From the NCBI GenBank assembly GCA_023231475.1, contig JALJEE010000107.1:1-64000 (forward strand): a DNA stretch of 64,000 bases, written 5' to 3'. Source of the stretch: Seison nebaliae (Eukaryota). The translations under genes were made by a program, and so were the position numbers. How positions within the stretch are numbered: the first letter of the stretch is position 1; each line of letters starts with the position of its first letter. Below, in pieces: positions 1-12,692 of the stretch. The notes below the pieces were generated by a model. It had not been told where the DNA came from. It made no database searches and was given only the letters and a program-made list of their open reading frames with translations.

Positions 1-360
1 CCAGGAGAAGACTTAAGTGGACGACAACCAGGTGATGGTTTGGGTGGACGAGGAGCAAGATATCCAGGAGAAGACTTAAGTGGACGACAACCAGGTGATG
101 GTTTGGGTGGACGAGGAGCAAGATATCCAGGAGATGACTTAAGTGGCCGACAACCAGGTGATGGTTTAGGTGGACGAGGAGCAAGATATCCAGGAGAAGA
201 CTTAAGTGGCCGACAACCAGGTGATGGTTTAGGTGGAAGACACCCAGGTAGTGGTTTAGGCGGAAGCCATGAAAAATATCCATGTGACAACTTAAGTGGC
301 CGACAACCAGGTGATGGTTTAAGCGGACGAGGTGCAAGATATCCAGGAGACGGCTTGGAT
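1..360 (+). repeat. Coding tandem repeat, 63-bp unit (GRQPGDGLGGRGARYPGEDLS), decaying 3'-ward and continuing beyond the window start
   Basis: ccaggagaagacttaagtgg at positions 1, 64 and 190, with a variant at 127; more degenerate copies follow. Confidence 0.95.
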
Positions 361-2882
361 GGAAGGGATGGACGATATCCTGGAGATTCTATTGAAAGAG
401 GAAGTTTGGGAAAAGGACCCTATGATCAAGGACAGAGACTATTAGATGGTCGACAACCTGATGATGGTTTAGGTGGCAGAGACGGTCTGCATTATCAAAT
501 GCCTAAACCGTTGAACGTACCAGATAAATCTTCTGTTCCTGGAATAGGAGATGATGATTTACAGAAATTACTATCTGATGCAGGTGTGTCGAAAGAATAC
601 GATCCCAATGCAAACATTCAATTACAACCGTTAGCTGAAGGATATGGAGATGATGGTAAGGGACCAGGATTCCATCCTCCCTCCGATCAAATGCCAATGA
701 ATCAATATCTCAATGAGATTGGAGAACCAATTCCAAGATGTTAGTAACTATTTGACTGCTATCGAATTGTACAACTTAATCTTTCTTTTTCTGTTTCTTC
801 TATTGTTGCTGACTCTTCTTCCAATCGACCATTCAACCAAAAACATCTTGCTGTAAATTGACCATATCTCATAATTCGCTTTATTGATTGATCTGCTAAA
901 CCCTCTATTTAATATGGATATAGCTGATGGATATTCTTCCGATTTAATTGATGACGACGATGGATTAAGTAAAAGTGAAGCGAAAAAATCTTTAGAAAAA
1001 TTATTGGAAAAATTGCAACCAGATCAAGGATTCGATCATGTCTTAATTGAACGATATATTCTCGATTATGTAATGCCGGAAGCAGAATATCTTTATCTTC
1101 CTTATACACTTCAATACAAGAATGTCATTAACGTTCTAGAACGAGAACGTCGTGTCAATAAGGAAAGTATCCAACAACAGGATATGTGGCAAACGACCAC
1201 AAGGAAATCTTATGAAACGTCATCGAAGAAGAGTGGACAAATGGTTCGTCAACGAGTTCCTCTTAGCGCCGCTCAAATGCCCATGAACGAGTTGGATGAA
1301 ACGCAAAAATTCTTCAACGAAAATACGTTCGATGACATTCTCTCAGCAATCGTCCAACAACCAAATGCTCAGCCACAAAATATTAAGACGAAAGTTAATC
1401 TGTTGCATGAGAGTTCCAATCCAGAAGATGACACTTCCATCAAAACGATGAACATGAGTAATTGGAATGACATTCTCTCATATTTCGATAACGACATAAC
1501 CGAACAGATATTCCCCAACAAATTCAATGTCACATTAGATGAATATACGAAACAATTACACAATTCTACAAATACTTCAGACACAATTATACAACCAATC
1601 AACAACAATCTTATGAATCAAACAAGTGAATTAACAACCACAAAAATTAACGGTGCATTACCTGACTCGTTGACAGGAGAATCTTCATCAAATGAAATTG
1701 CTCATTTCAGTCAGTTGCCAATGGATCAAATCGAATCGAATGAAATGAAAGAAGGAGACAATTCTAGTAGCGATTCTTCTCATTCCTTACTCACATATTA
1801 TGATAATTTCCTTAAAGAACGCGGTGAGAATGTTTCCGGATATTATATCGATGCAAATAATGATCAAATCATTAATTTACAACGACAACAAGAGCACGCT
1901 CTCAGAATGAATTCGATCAATAAAAAGGTTTGTATATCATCCGGTTGATTAGAATGTCAATCAACCCCTCTCCTTCCGTCGCCTAGAAACGAATTTTTTG
2001 GATAATTCTCCTTATTCGACGTATCAATTTTAATTCATTCATTCCATTCCATTCCATTCTACCAGAAACATTAGAATTCATTAGATATATATATATATAT
2101 TCAAATTTTTCATCAATCGAAATGATATAAGTCAAATTAAATTAAATGAGATGGAATATGAGAATTATTCTCAACGTCCTTCTCCTCCGAACAGTTCATA
2201 GATGTGTTTCACTTCACCATTTCACCAATAGCCGAAAAATAATTATTCACATTAAGATCCATTTCACTCCACTTCCATTATCCATTTCACTCCACTTCCA
2301 TTATCCATTTCCACAGATCATCGCTTTAGCACCAACTTTTTTATCTTGTTTTGCTCATCTTCTACTTTCCCCTTCATCATCCAGTATATCATGCCATCTA
2401 CCTCCTAATATCTAATAAATTCCATTTAGAGGAAACAGAAAACATTTTCGCAGAGATGTGGAAAGTAAATGAGATTTTAATCAAACCTTTTCATTTTGAT
2501 TATTTAGACGTTGAATTCGGTGAGTCAACAAGGCGACAATAATCCATTCAATGACACCACACCAGTAGATCTCGCAGCAAATATTGCCAATGTTTCGTCG
2601 ACCATCATCGAGAATCGTTCAACTTTTCTTCACAACAACGAAAAGTTGACGATGTGGCGAGAACATCAGCTACGAGCACCTCGTGCTGATACGAAGTTCG
2701 GACCGTATCGTCTAGTTCAACGTATCATTCGAACTCGAATCACAAGAACGACACGCCCAAGCAAATCGAATTTGAAACCATTATCTGTGAAAGATTCAAT
2801 TACAATTCATCGAACAAGAACGATAATGAATCCATCTTCTTGCTACGCGTTCCCACGATTTCAACGTGACGACACCAATTGA
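1..2882 (+). CDS. 5'-truncated orphan gene with Gly/Arg/Pro/Asp 21-aa repeats at the start; exons <1-739, 924-1927, 2508-2882
   Basis: ORFs 40..744, 884..1948 and 2511..2882 join in frame through GT-AG introns 740-923 (gttagt..atag, PIPR-S-DGYSS) and 1928-2507 (gtttgt..ttag, NKK|TLNSVS). No family recognised; the second join is the less certain. Confidence 0.6.
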
Positions 2883-3812
2883 CAATATTTGAATGACGAT
2901 CTTTTCTTTTCATATTCCTTTTAACCATTCTTTACCCTTCAATCTTTCCTTCATGCGATACACCACAATTAGAAACAATCTCTCGGACAAATCAATTGTC
3001 TTGCTGTAAATACGGTCAGCCCGGCAACCTTTCTATATTTCTCTTCAGAAGAATTCTCCTTTTTTTGTTATTGTTTTTTTGAAGAAAACAAAAAAAACAC
3101 AAATTTTTTGTCGATTTTTTCCATCGAACAAAATCTTATATGACAAACAATCCTTTCCAAATAGTAACAGCAGTTCCAACCAAATATAGCTTTCAATTAT
3201 TTCAATTCTCACTAAAAAACAAATAATTTTTTTCCATTCTTTTCCATTTTTTTCTCTTACATACAATATCAACTGAATAAGGTTTCCTTCCATCCAAATC
3301 TCCATTTCTTCGATTATCAACAATATCGTCGAAATGGTTTTTCTTCTTTTTTCATCTTTTACCCGTTCCTGATTTTAACGTTTTCTTAAGTTTTGTTTAT
3401 CTGTCTCAAAAAAAAAATTGACAATTCCTCGTCTAGCTTAGTTTTCTCATCATTTCTCTTCTCGACGATTTCCACTTTTTTGTTTTTGAAACCCATGCAC
3501 AACATACATACAAACAATTTTAGTGGAAATCTGCCATACCATTTTTACTAATTCTTTATTTTTCTACACTTTCTATCTCTACCACATAAATTCTTTAATG
3601 AATTTATTGAAAAAAAGAAACATTAATTGGTTCATCACCAACAAACATCAGCCAATTTCGTACCGTTAATTTATCGAAACAAGCTTTCTCTATTATCTCC
3701 CAATTTTTTTTCCATTTTAGTTCCTTTTCATTTTTACGTTCCATCGAAATATTTCAAAAATTTTGTTCGCCTAATAAAATTTAAATTAAACTTTTTTCTA
3801 TTCCATTTCCTA

Positions 3813-3813
<1 letters not shown>

Positions 3814-3844
<31 letters not shown>

Positions 3845-3845
3845 A
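3814..3845. repeat. (CAT)n microsatellite
   Basis: tcatcatcat... read directly. Confidence 0.9.
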
Positions 3846-3980
3846 TGATGATTTATTAATAATAGAAATTCAATTAAAATTATTGAAAAAGAGAATTGTG
3901 AAATTTAATAAGAATTTGATAAAAAATTATTCGGATATATTTATAAAGAATGAAATGAGAGGAAGAAGGAATTTTAATTG

Positions 3981-6749
3981 TCAAATCGATCTGGATATGT
4001 TCGCCACCATTTGCTGAAATAATTCGTCCGATTGAATAATCGGTTTATTGGCTGGTACGATGAGTAAGGTGACGATATATGAAGCAAGATTTGCAGCGAA
4101 GAATAACCAGAAGAACGTCCGGTCTATAATCAGTGCAATGAGACTCCATTCAAAAGCGAAAAAGTGAGCTGAAATTTGTTTCAATTGCTCCGTTGTCATC
4201 AAATGATATGGATCATTTTTTTTACTTTGTCGTCGCTTATCCAACAATTTGGTAACACTCAATGTTGTTCGACTGAAGGATGAGAATGATCTTCTTTCAG
4301 ACCATGAACGTTTGTGGGAAGTGGAGGAACGTCGATTTAAATTCTTTAATTCGAAAGCATTCGTTGAGCCATTTCGAAGTATTTCAGGAAAATTTTTCTT
4401 CTTTCCACGACAAATCAATTGAGAATTTTGTAAGAAATTGCGTAGGGATTGAAGTAGAAATGTAAAATATCTATGAGATTTGCTTGTATGTCTACTCTTC
4501 CTCACCATATTATCGATACAAGCTCGACTCATACGCATATCTTTTGGGAAATCATAACTGGGACAAGAAGTGATAAGACGTTGCGCCGCATTACTACATA
4601 AAAAATTCTCCAAATGAACAATATCAGCTGATGGTGGATGATGAGCTCTCATTCCAGTAACAGTGATCATTTCTTCGTCTGATCGATTTATGTTCATTAA
4701 GTCACTTCCCGTACTGAGACGATTTGTCGAATTGTTCTGGATCAATTGACGATTTTCATTTGAATTTTGTAAAGAATTTCGATTATTAAAATTTTGTGAT
4801 GGCACTTGTAAATGTTGGTTGGTGAGATTCATACCATTCTCACTTGAAACGAATCGACGCGTTAACGATTTCTCTTTATCGAATATATTGTTGAGATTTT
4901 CGGAAAGATCTCGTTCCAATTTCACTTTATGATGCTCTCGCAATTTCCTCCTTCGACGTTTCAACAATCCTTTCAACAACTGATAATGAAGTTCTTGTCT
5001 CAGTTCGATGTTCAATGTGATAACTTTCTCGAAAACGTCGTTAGCTGATAGTTTCGTATCTAATTTGACTTCTTTCTGTAACTAAAAATATAAAGAAAAG
5101 AATAAAAATAGAATTTCCATCAATCGTTTCAACACAAACGGTTCAACACCACGACTAACAAATTCAGTTATTCGATCTTGTATATCTTGTTGCATTAAGA
5201 GAATGTGTGCTAATGAATGAAATGCGAAATATCTCAATGAAGAGGGTGCGCGAACACTAGTGGTCATATTTGAAGTAGCCCTCGACTGCATATTCGTCGC
5301 TATGACTGCCATAATGATGGAAACAGAAGTTAAACTCATTACAGCAGTTAAATAAATACCTAAATTGGAGTGAAAGAATGAATGAATTGAAGAGAATGAA
5401 TGAATGAAAGAAACCGATTATAGGAAGGATTTCGGATGTGGCCGGCACTTTCTCCGCAATCATCAACATAAATACACTGAAGGCAACGAAACATGTAAGT
5501 CCGAGTGTGACCTTCTCACCGGAATATGTTGGCAACCAGAAACTCATCAATGTCAACGAAGATAACATGACACAGGGAACGATAACATTGAAAATATAAT
5601 ATGGCGTTCTTCGACTTATTGTCAAATTGTAAATGAGTTCGGGATATGGTTCTTGAGGACAACATGGATAATATTTGACGTTTTCTTTCACAACCACATT
5701 CTGAAGAATCCATCCGCCATTGTCCATATAACTCTTGAGATCATAACCATCGTTCGACTTTGTAAAATTAACTTGAAGACCCGAATAGATCCAAGATGCG
5801 AAACTGAAATTCAAAATAAATTTTTTATAAAATTTTCCAATAACAAATGGGATGGAACCGAATGGAACATGTTTGATCATCGAATGGGAAATATGTGATA
5901 TCGACTTTGCATGATGATTTCATTTTTAATGGTACCGGATAAAAAATGGTTCCATTCCGATATAACATAACATACGGACCATTTATCGCTCCATGTGTCA
6001 CATCATCGGCACTTGAAATTTTGTTGTAAGAATTCGAATACACATTCTGAAAACGAACCTGTTATACATATACGTGTCAGGTAACCAGACTTTGGACGAT
6101 GGTAATCTGATGGTTCGAATATGAGCGAATTCATCATCCCAAAATAAATTGTCATCTTTCCACGTTTGTTCCACCCAAACATTTATCGTTAATATTTGAT
6201 TTCTCTCATTCTATTCATTTTCAATAAATTTTTGGAGAATTATTTATAAATTATTCGGAAGAGATCATTAAAATTCAAAAGCAATATGAAAGAAACGTTT
6301 CAAAGAATTAAAATGGAAACCAAATCAATAATTTGACTCAAACGGATATTAAATTTGACGCTGATTGATGTAGACGCATTGAGTACGGGTCTGACTGATG
6401 GATCATAATAATATATCAGATTGGTATATAATCGATGTTCATCAGTTTCTAATTGGAAAATTAATTATATTTTATAGAAGATTAATGCAAAATTTGAGGA
6501 ACTTGTTTTATTTGTGAGATCATCAAATTCGGTGGAATTTCCAATAGCTTCATCATCTTCTTGAACAAAATTATCAGTGTAATAAGGACTATTTTCGAAG
6601 TGTTGATCGTTGTCAATTATCTCATCCGAATCTTCTTCGGTGAATGATGGATTGTCGTCCATCGTCTCACTTCCATCAACATCGAAGGATAATACATGTA
6701 CTATCGTCGTCATAAGAACGATGAGAGAAATGTGACTATTCAATTTCAT
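3981..6749 (-). CDS. Nicotinic acetylcholine receptor alpha-type subunit (Cys-loop channel, predicted cation-selective); introns 6449-6502, 6211-6320, 6012-6058, 5804-5858, 5360-5414 and 5082-(5147 or 5159)
   Basis: Signal-peptide-like N-terminus; DEHRLY; SQIIDL|NERNQILTINVW; VWLPDTYMYN; Cys-loop CKVDITYFPFDDQTC; loop C YYPCC; M1 YYIFNVIVPC; M2 GEKVTLGLT; M4 EWSLIALIIDRTFFWLF. Confidence 0.95.
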
Positions 6750-8647
6750 TATAATCAACCGATATCGTTGAATAAGAATTGATGAATAATTGAACGATGG
6801 ACGTTCACATTCTCGTTGGTCATTCTGTGCAATTAATTATGTTGTCAATGTTTAATCTCATCAATTAGAGATTTATTACCTAAAATTATTCCTTCACAAT
6901 AATCGAATCGATAATTATGTTTGAATTTCCGATACTGCCTCCCACGAAATTAATCAATAAAGATTCTTAATATGTTTATTTACATTTGTCATTCTCTCCT
7001 TCGAAGAGAATTCTGTGATGGAGAAAGAAGAAAAGTTAATATGAAAACTTCGAATGTTCTTTTTTTTATTCAAATTTTTTATATCTTATAGCGTCAAAAT
7101 GGAACGAAGAAAAAATAGGAAAATCTATTGGAAAACTGAATGTTCACTCATAATTCGAAGGTAGGAAGTTACCGACAGATGACGAAGAAACTGGTAATTG
7201 ATTAAAATTTTCACATGGTTTCTAATCGACACATCACTCGTTCGTCTACAACAACTAATAAACTTATCACCCTCTTTTTCCTTCTAATTAATTGAAGTAG
7301 AGCTGTATTGCAGATGTGCACAGACTATGCATAAATAATGCGCACGGTTTTAAAGATTTCCATTAGCAATTTGTAAAACTGGGACAATTGGGTTGGTGGC
7401 ACATCCATATAAATGTTAATGAAGCAAAGTGAAGTTTGTTAAACTATGGATTCCTTAGAGAAAAGATGGAAGGGGAAAAACGGAAAATCGATAAGAAATG
7501 ACATGAAAAAGTTAAAGTAATGAAAATCATCTTACAATGTTCTTTGTCCTGATGATGGTGATGGTGATTGAAAATATTATATAGAATTATAATAGAACTG
7601 ATGCATGTCGTCTGCCAAAAAATGGTTAGAACAAATACGAATGTTCCATTGAACTTCATTGTTCAACGACAACTCACTGAGAGATGAGAAATAACTTTTA
7701 ATGAAAAATTTTAGTGGAATCTAAAAAGAATTAACATTATGTTAGATAATCATTTACAGAATTGGACAAGTGAAATGTATAATAAATATTCTATTCTAAT
7801 AGGAACAATCGATAAGTTTAATGAGATGAAGGATTAGGAAGATCGAGGAAGAATCGATAAGAAGAAAGAAAGTAATGATGATGATGATAGTATCGATAAC
7901 TAATAATAATAATAAATTTGTTAATATTGATAATAATTATAATTGGAAGGGATTGGACGGAGAATGAACAAAAGGAAGAGTATAATATAATAGGGAAAAT
8001 GGAAGAGAAGAAACCGGAAGAACAATGGAGAATTCGATGAATAGGAAAAATAATGAGAATTAATTAATTCCCTCTTTATCATTCGTTAGAGCGCTCTCTT
8101 CCCTTATCAACATACGCCTTTCTTTACTTTTCGTTCTTTATGAATACATGAATTACATCGACCATTCATTATGGTTAGCACATAAGAGAGCACTACATTA
8201 AGTATATTGGGAATGGTGAATAAAGCGATGCACTAAAGGAAGAAATGGAGCGAATATACAGGAAGAATATACATATGAGCAAACTTCCAGTTTAATAATG
8301 ATCATGATAATAATAAAAAGAATTAGATGTAATGACACGTTTGTGCATGTGCAACCAGATCAGTTCGACAAGAGAATGTCAATATGCAAATAATAATATA
8401 AGCGAGAATGATTATGTTAGATAATTAATAATAATAAGAACGAGGAAAATAAGATACTTAAATGGATACTGATGAACAATTAACATTAAAGATAATTCCA
8501 CACATAATGTGAGAAATGGAAAGAAAATTTTAAGAATTTCGACGAAATTCTAAATCTGATCGGAGAAATGTCCCTCCTCGTTACATTAGATGGTAATAGT
8601 CAATCATTGGAGAATTTGCACTCTCTACGCATCTCGGTCTGTCTATA

Positions 8648-8680
8648 TGTGTTTGTGTGTGTTTGTGTGTGTGTGTGTGT
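8648..8680. repeat. (GT)n microsatellite, interrupted
   Basis: tgtgtttgtgtgtgtttgtgtgtgtgtgtgtgt. Confidence 0.85.
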
Positions 8681-11600
8681 ATGTATGTTTATGTAATGTA
8701 GAATAAGTATCTAATATCTATTGTCATAATCGAGAGAAAACGGAAGTTAATCGACATATTAACTTATGGAAGATATCTCCGGATAATGAGTTCCATAACA
8801 AATATTTGATGAATACATATAATCCATTATCATTCTGACATAAATATTCCTCATATTTCCCATGTTCGAATATTATGACTTTTTTCAGATAATAATTTCT
8901 GATTCATCAGTCCATCGAAAACACATCGTTTTTGTTTTGAATAAGAAATTTGTTTGAAAAATATACGTCGTATATTCGTATATTATACGAATAATGAACG
9001 AAAAGATTTTGAAAAGGAATTTAGCTGATCTGAAAAGTATTGCTAAGGAAGAATTGTTATGTAAGGAAGAAAATACTATGTCTCTATCCGTCCATCTATC
9101 AGGAAGATGAGAGATGATTATGAAGTTTGGTTGATGGGCAAACATTTAAATTTGAGTTGATCAACTAATAAATTATTAGGAGGAAAGTGAAAGTGAGGAT
9201 TGAGGGTAAGAATGTGAAGGAAATATAAATATGAACATTCTCCGTTATATTTCAATGGACATTGAACGGATCATACTATTACGATCATATCACTCACAGA
9301 ATCATCAGTGAGGAGGAGATAGTATGTGTTAAATTTAATTTATTCGACGATCGTCTACTTATCGAAGACGATCAATTGAGGAAGATTAGAGAGGAGAGAT
9401 TGCAAGAACTGCATTTAGAACAGATCGAACTTATACACATTTACTTTGTTATCAACTGAAAACTGTTAGTCTACCGAACTGATAGGAAGGAAGAAGAACA
9501 ATATAGGTAATGGATAGATGGATGAAGAAGTGGAGAAGAACAAGAAGAAGAAGAAGAAGATGAAGGAAGATGCAATAATAATATACGTAAATGGATTTTA
9601 TAGAATTATGATGGAGCATTACATCTATATTTATATATAAATTGATCGACATATATCTTGTCTCATCTACCGTTAATATTCACGGAGACATAAGAAAGGA
9701 AAGAAGGAAGGAAGGAAGGAAGGAAGATATGAGGCATTGTTGAAGAAAGGAATGAAATCGAATAGAAGAATAGTCATAGTGCTAAAAATAATAATGGTGG
9801 ATTTAAAAAGAAATTCCCATTCTTTCCTCTTTTTTTTTTTTTTGAAAAGGAAAAAGACAACATAATTCATTTTTATGTACTGATAGATCCAATGGAACAG
9901 ACGGATGGCAAAGTGATGTTGGAAAAAGAAATGGAGGAACTCTGTCCACTTGTTCATAAAAAAATATTATGTAGCTTGTTCGTTATCGTCTAGTTCCTTA
10001 CCGATTACTACTATTACTCCTCCTATTCATATTACCCATACGTATCATTTACCTGTATGAGAGAAATGTAGGAACAACAAAACTTTCCAACAAATTTTAT
10101 TGTAGTACTATCTTCTTCTTCTTCCCATCCACCACTATTCGATTTTGGGCAGATGTGTTATGGATTGGATGGATTGTAAGACGAATGTAAGAATTGTAGA
10201 ATTTAGTTTGGAATTTGCTTATTTACGGATATTTGGTGGTTCATTTATTCATTCATTCATTCATTTCTTTCTTTCTTTCTTTAGTAGTTCATTCACGTCC
10301 CTCACTCACATCAGTCATTCAGTCAGTCAAGCAATTCTCTCAATTATTTCGTCCAATTTAATTATTTTACTTTTTATTAGTCGTCTAATCTGATCAAGGA
10401 AGAAAGAAGAAGATGTTGATGGAAAAGGTTATGAGAAAAGAAAGAAAAATAATCTGTTTTCCATATTTCTCTAATAAGAGTAACAACATCAATAAAAAGA
10501 AGTATAATCTTATATAATCATCTTTAAACGAATTTTATGATTATCATGAAGATAATGGATAATTATGAACATCAATATGAATAAATTTCATACTGTTCAT
10601 TCTAAACTATCCGCTCAACTACACACATATCCGCACACACACCCACACACATACACACACACATACACATGATATATTTCCATCAACATTGGCAACTGGA
10701 ATTGGTGGCGACTGGAACGATTATTTCCATTCAAAATAATCTTCCTCCTTTCTTCCTTTTATTGCTCTTTTATCGATGTGTTGGACGGATATTCCACCGA
10801 ACGATACCTTCCATATACAATCAGCATGTTGCCGATAGTTGCAAATGAGAATAGGAAAGGCTTCTATTAATATGGAAACCGAGGAGATTTCATACGGAAA
10901 TCTGTCAAATATCTCTTGTCCTTCCAATAAATGTCAATCGTATTCTTTTGTATTAATTATCACCACCTAAAAATGGATATTCACCATCTAACTGATAAAC
11001 GGAAATGTTTTGACAATTTCATTAAAATATTTCACTTTTAAATCATCTTCCACAATCAATTGTCATCGTTCGACTTATGAGAATTAATTATTCGATTCGT
11101 TTCCTCTTTTTATTTCATGTTTTTACTTATGATAGAATGAAAACAAATATTAAGATAATAATAATTGTGACTGGTTACCATCTGAACAAAAGTTTTACTT
11201 GCACTCCAAATTTTAACGAAATTTATAAGTACGTACTTGTTTCAAAATGGAATCGAGAGTTCCATAAATTTCATTTGAATAGTTCTTATTCTTCCAATTG
11301 TTCCTTCTCGAGTAATATGATTAAAATAAAAACAAAATTTATTGATACACTTTCTTTTCACTCTTCATCTTTTTTAAAATTTTCTTTTCACCCTCTAAAC
11401 AATAACAACAACAACAACCTCTCTCCAATCACCACAATTCGATGGTGGTTGATGATCGATGATAATTTAATTAAAATACGTTTTTCAACAAAATAATTTT
11501 TATTTCCATTTTGAACTTAATTTATGCGCAACAAACATGACAAGAGGAAGAGTTGACGATAATCATTTTTATTGTTTTCTCTTCCGTCTGTGATGGTGGG

Positions 11601-11697
11601 AGAGAGGTAGTAAAAAGAAGAAAAACGAAAAATAAATGAAATTAATTGAAAGGAATGAATTGAATTTAAAGTTTTTTTCATTTCCTTCCCAATTCTT

Positions 11698-12692
11698 TTA
11701 TTTGCGACGACCATTCGAACGGTTTGGTGAAGACGATGAACTTCCATAAGAACTAAGACTTGATAAGGAAGATGTAGCTCTTTTCCGACTTCTTTCCTTC
11801 GATTTATTATTATCTCTTCCATTCTTCTCTTTACTATCTTTCTTCGTGCCATTAGTCTTCTTTCCTTGCATCGAGTCGTCATCATCTGAATTATTCGCAT
11901 AAATATGAGGTGGTGGTGTTGGTCGTCGTTCGTTGTCGGACGAATCTTTTCTACGATCTTTATTTTTTCCATTTTGTCGATCTTTCCGATAAGCACCAAA
12001 TGAATTTCCATCTCCTTTATCATGTTTTCGATTATATCGTTCTGATTTCTCTTCTATTTCATTCGATTCTTTATAAAAATCGATTTTCACTTCCGTCGCA
12101 TCAATCATTCCTAGAAATAAATTGGACAATATTTATTTGAAAATATTAATTAGAAAAATCGATTACCTCCGTCCATAAAATTCTTCGCATTTTCCGCATC
12201 TTTTGGTGACGAATATTCGATGACAGCATGTCCCGCATGAAGAAACGAATGATATTTTCTTTTTGGCATATCAATATTGGAAATGACACCATAATTCTTA
12301 AAAATTTCCATGAGATGATTATGATTGACATTGGGAGTGAGATTGGTGACTTTTATCCTTTTTTCTTGATCTATTTGTCAATGAAGAAAATTCCATTAAA
12401 ATAATTTTATGAACAATCTAGAAAATATCTAAACTTTCTTCTTTTCCATCGGAATCGTCATCTGATTTATGATCATTATGCAGCGAATTCGAATGACCAT
12501 CATATCGACGTTTCTCATTTTCATATTTCGAATAACTTGTTTTCCATGTATGAGATGAACGTTTCTTCTCAATCGAATCACCTTTCTCATGCTCTTCCGA
12601 AGATGAGATTGGAGAACTACTACGATCTAAAAATTAGAATTATCAAATGAATAAAATAAAAAGAATTAACAACTTTTTGACGCTTCCAACAT
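11698..12692 (-). CDS. RNPS1: RNA-binding protein with serine-rich domain 1 (EJC/ASAP-associated RRM protein); introns 12627-12673, 12371-12434, 12111-12166
   Basis: The spliced frame, missed by the ORF track, reads RIKVTNLTPNVNHNHLMEIFKNYGVISNIDMPKRKYHSFLHAGHAVIEYSSPKDAENAKNFMDGG|MIDATEV, matching the RNPS1-type RRM (..MEIF..IDMP..MDGGQID). It is followed by an R/K/S/P-rich tail. Confidence 0.85.

Noticed and set aside
7444..11496. Many 60-140 aa ORFs rich in F/I/L (also 51007-54275)
   Set aside because: Composition reflects AT-rich, microsatellite-laden non-coding DNA; mostly non-ATG starts and no motifs.
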